Of a DNA stretch of 64,000 nucleotides, positions 11,350 through 19,390 are shown piece after piece. The stretch is from positions 167,460 to 231,459 of the IMG/VR virus record IMGVR_UViG_3300013121_000027. The stretch is one strand, 5' to 3'. The stretch comes from a virus. Lineage: Duplodnaviria > Caudoviricetes. Both the position numbers and the translations under genes were made by a program. Every line of letters starts with the position of its first letter. The stretch's first letter is position 1. The notes under the pieces were generated by a model, which saw nothing but the letters and a program-made list of their open reading frames with translations, was not told the DNA's origin and ran no database searches.

Positions 11350-12306
11350 TTATGTAATTTGCGAAGCTCGGGGAGCACCGCCGCCAGATGAACTTGTAGA
11401 TATTGCATTATCTGATGGAACATACACTTTTTGCATTGACCCATCTTCTGGCTTTAATAATCTTTCATCTCTCGCCATAAAAGTATAAGTTTCTAAAAGA
11501 GGAGTTCCTTCCGTATCATACTCTGTTTGCTTAGAAATCAATTCCACATTCTCCAACAGGATCTGCATGTCCATTTCTTCAAATGGTAATTTGACCAGTC
11601 TTTCATTAAGATCAGCCATCATCGTATCATATCCGTATTTATTCCTAATCTCTGATGCACTATAGGAAGGGTTATCGTGAGTGACAGATGTTTGCTGAAG
11701 CCCATATCTAATAACGAAATTAAATGGTGGATGAATACTGAATAAATGCTGTTGCGTTGCTTCAAGATTTGTATCGTAATGTCTACGCCAATAAGTATTA
11801 ATTAAAGTCTCATCCGTATCTAATCCTCTTACCTGATGAAGATTATTCACTTGTTTTGAGGCGACAGTTTTTGCTCTTATTTGAGCTGCCTCAGCTATTT
11901 TTGAAGTTAAAAGATATGGCGCTGTGGAGATAAGACTAAAGGCGCCAGTTACAATTCTTGTACCTCTTAACATGGCATCGTAAGTATATGACCAAAACCC
12001 ATAAAGAGGTTGCTTCTGTTGTTGGATATTGTAAGCAAAAGAATAAATTGGAAGAGGATCTCGTCCGTCGAGTCCATCTATCGTGATTTGAATATCTTGT
12101 CCAGAAAAGAAGTAATCAAAGTATGGGTTATTGAAAGATGTATATTTTTCAAACGCATAAGCCCATTTACTGAATAGATCCGCTTCCGCCTCGTTCCACC
12201 AATTTATAGAAGATTGAGGAACTATAGATCCAGAAAGGGATTGATGTTCGTTACGTTGACTTATAGATTTATCTTCAAATTGGGTTATTCGACCTGGACC
12301 ACTCAT
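11350..12306 (-). CDS. Tail tube-like paralog (tube initiator/baseplate hub candidate)
   Basis: FSGQDI, KQPLYG, RGTRIVTG and HPPF motifs shared with the other two tube-like proteins. Confidence 0.6.
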   Translation of the reverse strand: MSGPGRITQFEDKSISQRNEHQSLSGSIVPQSSINWWNEAEADLFSKWAYAFEKYTSFNNPYFDYFFSGQDIQITIDGLDGRDPLPIYSFAYNIQQQKQPLYGFWSYTYDAMLRGTRIVTGAFSLISTAPYLLTSKIAEAAQIRAKTVASKQVNNLHQVRGLDTDETLINTYWRRHYDTNLEATQQHLFSIHPPFNFVIRYGLQQTSVTHDNPSYSASEIRNKYGYDTMMADLNERLVKLPFEEMDMQILLENVELISKQTEYDTEGTPLLETYTFMARDERLLKPEDGSMQKVYVPSDNAISTSSSGGGAPRASQIT

Positions 12307-12318
12307 TAATTATCTCCT

Positions 12319-12960
12319 TCAAAAACTGGAATTACTTGTGCTATTCGAAAAAGAAATTGTATTTATCGTAGATTGCACACCAGAACTTATAACTTGTGGA
12401 TTGTACGATGTTAATGGTTGAATACCACGAGCCATATACGTATAAACCTGTTCGGTAACGAGGTCATCTACTGACATCGTTCCACCTTCATCAACGATGG
12501 TGACGCCTAAAATTCTCATAACTGAAAATCTTCCATATTCATTAGAAAACGTTAATACAACATCAAATGGCGGTAACATATCAGCAAGTGGAAACATTGG
12601 ATTTGTTGCCAAACCAAATTGTCCAGATGCTCCATGAACTAATTCTTTATACTGTGCAAGACGATAAAAGGCGTATGAATTAAAGACAGTAAAGACTAAA
12701 CTCCCAGCTATTGTTCTTGGACCTTTAATAAATCCTCTCGGATTAACTTTTCCAAGTATGCGAACTGGCTTATTTTCTCTGTGTATAGAATATGATATTG
12801 TTTGAAGTTCACCAAGATTAAGTGGTTTTTCTTCATTCGGTAAAATAATTTGAGCAGTTATATCTACACCAGAAAATGAATCATAAACTATGGGAGCATC
12901 GTCATATTGTTGTCTATTCTTATAGACGCCATAAGTAAACGGTTGAAGAATTTCTCCCAT
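12319..12960 (-). CDS. Tail tube-like paralog
   Basis: FSGVDI, RENKPVRILG, KGPRTIAGSLVF, LPPFDV and GVTIVDEG match the spliced tube protein. Confidence 0.65.
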   Translation of the reverse strand: MGEILQPFTYGVYKNRQQYDDAPIVYDSFSGVDITAQIILPNEEKPLNLGELQTISYSIHRENKPVRILGKVNPRGFIKGPRTIAGSLVFTVFNSYAFYRLAQYKELVHGASGQFGLATNPMFPLADMLPPFDVVLTFSNEYGRFSVMRILGVTIVDEGGTMSVDDLVTEQVYTYMARGIQPLTSYNPQVISSGVQSTINTISFSNSTSNSSF

Positions 12961-12983
12961 AATAGAAAACCTTGTCTTTTAAA

Positions 12984-13019
12984 AGGTGAGGGACATACCT
13001 GATAGTACATCCCCCACCC
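12984..13019 (-). terminator. Probable intrinsic terminator after the tail tube gene
   Basis: Imperfect GGTGGGGGA/TCCCTCACC stem followed by TTTT on the minus strand. Confidence 0.45.
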
Positions 13020-13033
13020 ATTAAATAAAATAC

Positions 13034-14761
13034 TTAGCTACCAAGACCGAAGCCTGCAACTACTGTAGCATCAACAGTTGTATCAACTGTATCAAAGCCA
13101 CCGCGAGCAGTTGGGATCATTGGTCCTATTTCTCTTGCTACGAAAGTCATCGTCTCTTCCATTACCAAGTCATCCATTGAGGCTCCAGAACCTTCATTCA
13201 AAAGTTCCACACCATAGATTGACTTAACGGCTGATTGACCATATTCGTTAGAGAAGGTGATTGTAATATCGAACGGAGGTACCTGATCAGCATAATATGG
13301 AAGTGCGCTTGTTATACCAAAAGCTGTGCTTGATGCATCTGGTAAAGCGGCGACAATTCCACCTGCTGAGTTACTACCCATGTTCGGAATAACGTTCCAA
13401 GCTCTTGTCCAAATCTTGAAACTGTCATTTGCGGAGTTTGCCGCAATGAGGTTATAAAGTGCTGGTCTATCGAAAGTCATGAAAATAAGACTTCCGGCAA
13501 TTCCTCTTTTACCTCTGGAAAAGGAACGTGGATTGGGGCTCAATATTGAGTAATATTGGACTATCTCTTAGATAAAATTTTCCGGAATATCTGCACTAAG
13601 GAGTGCAGCTGCGAATGAACCAAAAAGTCTTTGTATTGGCTTATGAGAAAAAGAATTTTCCCAGTATAAATACTTAACTATTGGAAACCCATCTTCTGGG
13701 GATCCATTTATCTCCCAAAAATTTCTTAAAGAAGAAACTATTTTTAATTGAGCTTCTTCTATTGATATTTTGGTTGATACGGTTCTTTTTGCTTCTTTTT
13801 TTTCTATTGGATTTGAATGTAGTTTATATCCTTGTGGTATTTTATATTTAAGAGTTTTATGTATAAAAGGTTCCACTATTAAAAGGAATTTCCAAGCTTC
13901 ATTTCTTGATAGGTAAGTATAATAATATTGTTTGCCTTTTTTATTTCGTAAGGCTATTTCCATATTTATATTATATTTACTTTTTAATTGACTTTGTAAA
14001 ACTTTGTGAGATTGCAAGTCAAATCCATAAGAGCTTAATTCTATTTTTCCACGGAAAACATCATAACTTCCATCATCCATATACCAAACTGCCATATTAA
14101 ATGGATTTAGTTCTATATCTAATGGAACTTGTTTATGTGAATCTATATACCAATAATCTCTCATTGGTTTAAAAATTTTATTTCCATAAACATGGAATCT
14201 ATATTCTCTGGATGCAACCTCTCTTTCTCCAAAAGATGATTTTCTATCTCTAAAAGAGATATTACAAGAAAATCCTTCCTCTTTAAAGAATGATTGTTTC
14301 CATTCTAAATATTCCATTTGCGATTTTCCATGAGATTCAGAATAATAATAGTTCATACTATTCTGTCTCTTATCAAAAGAAGCAATAATCGCTCCATCTC
14401 CCAAAAGGGAGCCAGTAATAAGATTACTGAGATTAATATTATCTTTAATCATTTTAAAATAACCTCTTTGGGCTAAATTCTGACGCCTCTTACAAGTAAA
14501 AGTTTCGTCAAGTCTCTACAGCTGCTGATTATATCAGCGTGCCTCGGGATTTTACCCCCGATTTCAGATTAATTGGGCAGTTCATCCACCCATTGTAAAC
14601 ACAGGAGCTTTTTCGCGTGAAACGCTCCATGTAATTCCTGCAAGGGTTCCAACCACAGTTCCATTGAATGTAGCTACTATATCTGCGCCAGAGAACGTAG
14701 TATACGTTCTGGTATATTGTTCAATAGTGCTCGTATTCCTTGAACCTAAAAGGTCAGCCAT
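13034..14761 (-). CDS. Major tail tube protein, spliced: exon1 14761-14588, exon2 13540-13034 (226 aa)
   Basis: Joining ...REKAPVFTMG to SPNPRSFSRGKRGIAGSLIF... restores a frame that aligns without gaps to paralog 12319-12960 (RENKPVRILGKVNPRGFIKGPRTIAGSLVF). GAGGAG RBS 9 nt before ATG 14761. Follows the sheath gene. Confidence 0.85.
13541..14587 (-). mobile_element. Group I self-splicing intron (1047 nt) in the tail tube gene
   Basis: The 5' exon ends in U, paired to G in P1 (UGGGU|GG-AUGAA-CUGCCCA). R element GUAGAGACU and S element AAGAGAUAGUCC give P7 GACU/AGUC. P9 is AAUAUU-ACUC-AAUAUU, followed by a terminal G at 13541. Confidence 0.92.
13568..14452 (-). CDS. Intron-encoded LAGLIDADG homing endonuclease
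   Basis: Two motifs, LITGSLLGDG and AVWYMDDGS. C-terminal RLFGSFAAAL resembles the homing-endonuclease-associated repeat. Very AT-rich, lies in the P8 loop, and its stop codon overlaps the S element. Confidence 0.9.
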   Translation of the reverse strand: MIKDNINLSNLITGSLLGDGAIIASFDKRQNSMNYYYSESHGKSQMEYLEWKQSFFKEEGFSCNISFRDRKSSFGEREVASREYRFHVYGNKIFKPMRDYWYIDSHKQVPLDIELNPFNMAVWYMDDGSYDVFRGKIELSSYGFDLQSHKVLQSQLKSKYNINMEIALRNKKGKQYYYTYLSRNEAWKFLLIVEPFIHKTLKYKIPQGYKLHSNPIEKKEAKRTVSTKISIEEAQLKIVSSLRNFWEINGSPEDGFPIVKYLYWENSFSHKPIQRLFGSFAAALLSADIPENFI

Positions 14762-14879
14762 ATGTATCATCTCCTCGCTACATTACAAATGTAGCATCTG
14801 TAGGGATATTGTATTCTTTTCAGTTTTTCGAAAAGATCTTTTTATGCGGCTCGCAAATTTATTTGGAACATCTATCGCA

Positions 14880-16112
14880 TTAGAAGTTTACTGACACCTG
14901 AACAACTACTTCACGCAGTTCAAAAGCTGGGACGATTGCGAGATCGATATAAGCCTTATTGTCTGCTGGTGAGTATTGGACTCTGAAGTCTGATTGGTTA
15001 ATCGCACCAAGCTTAGTCATTGATTGAAGCGAAGAAGAGATTTGTGTCTGGAACGCGTTTTGCATCGTGATAGACATACCTTCGCCAACATAGTTCTGAG
15101 CGATGTTCTTAATTAGCTTAACTGCATCGAATACGATTCGAATTGTTGAAAGTCTAATAAAGTCAGATGTCGTAGCGGCGAACGTAGTACCATCAACCCA
15201 CTTGGGGATTCTGCTGAAGTCGAGCTGTCCAACAACAACACCCTTACCAGAAAGCGTCTCGGCTTGAGCACGAGTCACATTATAGCGCAGTTGGTCAATA
15301 TTATACATCGGCTTATTGGTTGTTGCGCTCCAAGATGAGAGACGAGAAATAAGCGCAGCATACAAGCAGGCACCATTGCTATACCCCCAATCTGTCGGTG
15401 CAGAGATGGGATGCACTTCTGTAGCGATAACAGAAATGTAATCACCAGAAGTAAAAGAGTCCTTATTGATAAGTGAAGAAAATGCTATACCATCAGCTAA
15501 TTGTGTTGGAGTTGGGTTTTGAGGTCCAGCAATTGGATTTACGCCTATGACTCCAACTACTGGATATGAATTGTATGTGATTTCCGAGCACTTATCGGCA
15601 ACTTGCTTTGCCCAGCTATAGGAAGCATTAGTCGAGTTGTCCGCATAGAAGAAATCGCTTGAACTACCACCAGGAGTTGCAACTGGAGTTGCATAGTCAT
15701 CCCAGTCTGTCGTTACACTACCGCGACCCCAAGGCACTACTATATCTGCGCGAACAGCTTCAACCGAGGCGAAAGCCTCATCGAAAATATTCAATGTTGG
15801 ATAAGTAGCACTGGCAATGGTACCAGCGCCATGATTAAATGTAGTGTTAGAAGGTAATGGGATAAAAGCAACTCTCGGCGCTCCACCAGTGCTTAATTCG
15901 TAGAAGGCGCGGTGGATTTGAGAATTTTCACCAAACTTTGTAATAACATCTTGCTCAGAAGTAGCAAGGTAGGGCACAAAATCTGGAGCAGCCGCCGTAG
16001 CATCATTGCTTCTTTTAGCAATAACAGCAATAAGAGGACCACCTGGCAGGTCGGTTCTTGCTTGGTTGTAGAAACGATCTAGAATTGTAGTTTTGACACC
16101 TGGGAGAGCCAT
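14880..16112 (-). CDS. Tail sheath protein
   Basis: LPGV N-terminus; C-terminal RLSTIRI...YVGE...DLAIVPAFELREVVVQV; immediately upstream of the tube gene. Confidence 0.8.
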   Translation of the reverse strand: MALPGVKTTILDRFYNQARTDLPGGPLIAVIAKRSNDATAAAPDFVPYLATSEQDVITKFGENSQIHRAFYELSTGGAPRVAFIPLPSNTTFNHGAGTIASATYPTLNIFDEAFASVEAVRADIVVPWGRGSVTTDWDDYATPVATPGGSSSDFFYADNSTNASYSWAKQVADKCSEITYNSYPVVGVIGVNPIAGPQNPTPTQLADGIAFSSLINKDSFTSGDYISVIATEVHPISAPTDWGYSNGACLYAALISRLSSWSATTNKPMYNIDQLRYNVTRAQAETLSGKGVVVGQLDFSRIPKWVDGTTFAATTSDFIRLSTIRIVFDAVKLIKNIAQNYVGEGMSITMQNAFQTQISSSLQSMTKLGAINQSDFRVQYSPADNKAYIDLAIVPAFELREVVVQVSVNF

Positions 16113-16161
16113 TTGGAAACCTCCATAAACAATATGTAGTAGTGCGGCGTTGACCTATGGA

Positions 16162-16168
16162 TATAGTA
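16162..16168 (-). promoter_or_regulatory. TACTATA late-promoter-like motif (sheath operon)
   Basis: The same heptamer occurs 30-70 nt upstream of several morphogenesis genes. Confidence 0.55.
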
Positions 16169-16230
16169 CGAGAAAAACGCCTATATACAACATTTAAAAG
16201 GTGTTTCTATATAATCAAAATTGATTTTTA

Positions 16231-16938
16231 TTAGCTATTAGTATTATTATCCAGTAGTGAAGTATAAATAGGATAAGTGATTGGTGTAGCGTCAGGCTCA
16301 TAGGATGGTGTTGCGTCGTCCGCAACAATTGCTTGAACTTGTAGGAAGATACTATCAAGCTTATCTATACTGGTAGTAAGAACTTTTTGAATGCCAACCA
16401 TGTAGGCGATCGAGCGAGAGGAAAGATCATCTCCATATCGTGTTTCGTGAGAATCTGACATTCTACGTACGTATGAAATAGATTCAAGACCCAACATTTG
16501 TAACATGGGCTTGATCTGAATCATGAAATCCTCATACTCTTCTATAATTTCTTCTGCAACTCTGGGTACTTTATGAATTGCGGTAAACTTAACAATAATA
16601 TAAAAACTTTCTATAAAGATTGCAAGCTTTTTAGTTGGATCAGTTGGATCATCAACCGTCTCATACGGTTTTGGTTTAGGAGAATTATTTTTGGGCTTTT
16701 TATCTTCTAAAGTGTAAATAATATAACCAAGTTCTGGATTGAATATCTTTTGTTCGCCAAAGGGACCAAATTTAATTTCAGGATGCCCTTCACTCCATAA
16801 TTTATTTACCACATCTATAAATTGTAAATAAGATAAATTTCCTTTAGATTTTAATGGTGGAAGAACAGAACCATATGGCTGTATATATTCTGGAGATGGA
16901 TATGGAGTTTGCTTTTGCGTTGAAAAATCAAATTTCAT
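16231..16938 (-). CDS. Tail completion/terminator-like virion protein
   Basis: Position between the neck and sheath genes; no diagnostic motif. Confidence 0.4.
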   Translation of the reverse strand: MKFDFSTQKQTPYPSPEYIQPYGSVLPPLKSKGNLSYLQFIDVVNKLWSEGHPEIKFGPFGEQKIFNPELGYIIYTLEDKKPKNNSPKPKPYETVDDPTDPTKKLAIFIESFYIIVKFTAIHKVPRVAEEIIEEYEDFMIQIKPMLQMLGLESISYVRRMSDSHETRYGDDLSSRSIAYMVGIQKVLTTSIDKLDSIFLQVQAIVADDATPSYEPDATPITYPIYTSLLDNNTNS

Positions 16939-18119
16939 GACCCTGGACCTACCTCAACTTGAAATGTAATCTGTCTTAATCCAAAAACTGGAGTTAAACT
17001 TATTATGACAGATATTTTTTGGCTTTGATTTGTTTCTACTATATTAAGAGTAAAGTCTTTGATAACCGAAGCGTTTTTCAAATAGAACATATAAGAGGAA
17101 ACGATTTCCTTAAATTTAGCTATATAGATAGAGCCAATAAATGCATATCCGTATTCTCTAATTTGATTGATAACATTGGCAATAATCCTCATTTGACCAA
17201 GTGACCAAAAATCACTTCCATCTTGTCCCAATGTATTATCGGTTAGAAGAATGACTTGATTCGCGTAGCCTCTTTTTCCTCTTGTTGTTCTGGTTGCGCA
17301 ATTTATTTTTGCAGTAGCTAATTCTTCTATCTTGGAAGAAGATAAATCATTGCCAACAAGAGTAGAGACTAATGGTAATTGTATTCCGGTAACACTATGA
17401 TCTAAAGGTGCCGTTGCCATAACTGCAGCAGTTTTAACTGCTAATGATGAAATATAACTGAGTGTCATTTGCGGATTCGTTATAAGACCTTCTCCCATAA
17501 CTAAGAAAACAAATTTACCAGCTTCACCTAATGAACTTATTCTTTCGTCTGTAGTCATATCAATTATTGATTGATCAGAAAACGCACTTATCCTTGTTCC
17601 TAAAACGCCGAAACAAACAGCTCCAGTAATTGTAAAAAAACTGCCGCAAAAATCTACCAATTGTGTTAGAAAATCTACGTCTCCCGCATCATAAAAAACA
17701 GCCTCAACTGGAACTATTATCTCTGGAAAATCATATCCACTTAAAGCGCTATAAGCTACAGTTAGTCTATCGTAATATTTCTCATAGAAAGTTTTGCTAC
17801 CCCATTCTGTACGAGGGGTTAACCTATCGGCAATAGTAGGTTCGTATTCACTCATAGGTGCTACCGGATAAAGCCAAATATCTTTACATCCACAATTATA
17901 TACTTCCAGAAATGCGCGCAACAGGGGTGATTGCGAATCTTTACCCAAAAAAGCAACTGCGTTCTTTGCATTTGTCACCCTATATGGCTCATACATTATA
18001 TCAGCATCGGCATGACCCATTAATAAAATTGTATCAGTTAGCCCAGATCCAAGTATTTGGTATGCGGAAGATTCCAGCATTGTGCCAGATAATGATGGGA
18101 CAGATAAAAGATTTGCCAT
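16935..18119 (-). CDS. Second tail sheath-like protein
   Basis: C-terminus (SDFWSLGQMRI...FIG...ISLTPVFGLRQITFQV) parallels the sheath at 14880-16112. Confidence 0.65.
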   Translation of the reverse strand: MANLLSVPSLSGTMLESSAYQILGSGLTDTILLMGHADADIMYEPYRVTNAKNAVAFLGKDSQSPLLRAFLEVYNCGCKDIWLYPVAPMSEYEPTIADRLTPRTEWGSKTFYEKYYDRLTVAYSALSGYDFPEIIVPVEAVFYDAGDVDFLTQLVDFCGSFFTITGAVCFGVLGTRISAFSDQSIIDMTTDERISSLGEAGKFVFLVMGEGLITNPQMTLSYISSLAVKTAAVMATAPLDHSVTGIQLPLVSTLVGNDLSSSKIEELATAKINCATRTTRGKRGYANQVILLTDNTLGQDGSDFWSLGQMRIIANVINQIREYGYAFIGSIYIAKFKEIVSSYMFYLKNASVIKDFTLNIVETNQSQKISVIISLTPVFGLRQITFQVEVGPGS

Positions 18120-18130
18120 TTAACTCACCC

Positions 18131-18529
18131 TTAGTTGGGCTGGATTCTCGTTGCGGATGCTATATAATAAACGATCTCTCCGGCAATGCCACGTAATCCA
18201 ACTACAGTATCAATAGACCATACGGTTTGATTTGTTTCGGTTCTCGGATTTTCTTCATATATTCTATCACCGTCAAAAGGTTGTGCGGATTCTTTAAAGA
18301 AATAAACTCTTTCAGAGGTAGATAAGAGCCCTTCGATTTCCTCTTGTCCCTTATTCATAATTGTTCTATTATTTGGTATAGAATATCTAACTGTGTGAAT
18401 TTCTAATTTATCCGAATAAGAAACTTGATTATCGGTGCTCTGAGTTCTTCTTTGTAAGAATATATCGTGCCCATATTTTTTTAATATGGACTCAAAATTT
18501 GATTTCATATAATTAATATTTTTAGTCAT
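18131..18529 (-). CDS. Head closure/neck protein candidate
   Basis: Size and position; YFF...P.DGDRIYE pattern. Confidence 0.45.
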   Translation of the reverse strand: MTKNINYMKSNFESILKKYGHDIFLQRRTQSTDNQVSYSDKLEIHTVRYSIPNNRTIMNKGQEEIEGLLSTSERVYFFKESAQPFDGDRIYEENPRTETNQTVWSIDTVVGLRGIAGEIVYYIASATRIQPN

Positions 18530-19344
18530 TAATCAAACTTCCTTAATGACCTGGATGGAATTGGATTGACGAAATTAGATCCTTTAACTACAGTAGAAAA
18601 CGTAACCTTACTCTTTAGTAATTCAGCTTTTAGTGCATAAGCCATCTCACACCATGTCGTAGCGTTACCTCGATAAACAGAATTTCTGGAACCTCCACTA
18701 CCACCACCAAATCCATTATTAATTGTCAAATCGCCAAGACTAAAACTGTCACTCTTACCAAATCCATTTATTCCACCATCTATTAGGTATGTCTTTGATA
18801 ATTCGCAGAGCGTTGCGGCTATTAAATATTCTCTCATTAAAGAAGTTATCGTAAGACCTTGACCAAACCATTCTTCCAATTGCAGAGACTGTTTATATAT
18901 AATCTCTGTCACCTCAACTAAATCAACTTCTGGGAAGATTTCAACTACCCAATCTGGATCTATATATAAAGGATCTAATTCTCCTAAAAATAATTGTTGA
19001 TAAGTTGAACCTAAAGTTATTGTTGGCTCCGATGTTCCAACATAAAATACTCTTGGATTTTCTATTGTTGATGGCGTTGCCCCAGTTAATGTACCTATAA
19101 AGAGTAATTTAAACTTGCCATTATCTGGAGTCGTCCAATCATAATGATAAAGCCCAAGAGAATCATTAACTATCGGGTCTATGACGCCTTGAAGATCATA
19201 AACTTCAGTTGTAGAATTGTATTTATATATAGCGCCAGAAACAGAGGTTGGCGCAATCAATTCATCAACATCGCCAGTTGGATCGAAATCGATAAATCTT
19301 ACAGAAACTCTTACTTGTTGTCCTACTCTAATATTAGAAGCCAT
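18529..19344 (-). CDS. Head-tail adaptor candidate with N-terminal Ig-like domain
   Basis: GLYHYDW beta domain; S.SLGDLTI motif typical of connector proteins. Confidence 0.45.
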   Translation of the reverse strand: MASNIRVGQQVRVSVRFIDFDPTGDVDELIAPTSVSGAIYKYNSTTEVYDLQGVIDPIVNDSLGLYHYDWTTPDNGKFKLLFIGTLTGATPSTIENPRVFYVGTSEPTITLGSTYQQLFLGELDPLYIDPDWVVEIFPEVDLVEVTEIIYKQSLQLEEWFGQGLTITSLMREYLIAATLCELSKTYLIDGGINGFGKSDSFSLGDLTINNGFGGGSGGSRNSVYRGNATTWCEMAYALKAELLKSKVTFSTVVKGSNFVNPIPSRSLRKFD

Positions 19345-19375
19345 ACAAAATCCTCTTATCTATAAGGCACATTGA

Positions 19376-19382
19376 TATAGTA
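19376..19382 (-). promoter_or_regulatory. TACTATA late-promoter-like motif
   Basis: 32 nt upstream of the ATG at 19344. Confidence 0.55.
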
Positions 19383-19390
19383 CCAATGAA

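Noticed and set aside
13034-14770. Separate 62-aa and 169-aa genes, an intein, or a pseudogene
   Set aside because: An in-frame stop follows exon 1 and there are no intein termini. Group I intron signals explain the split.
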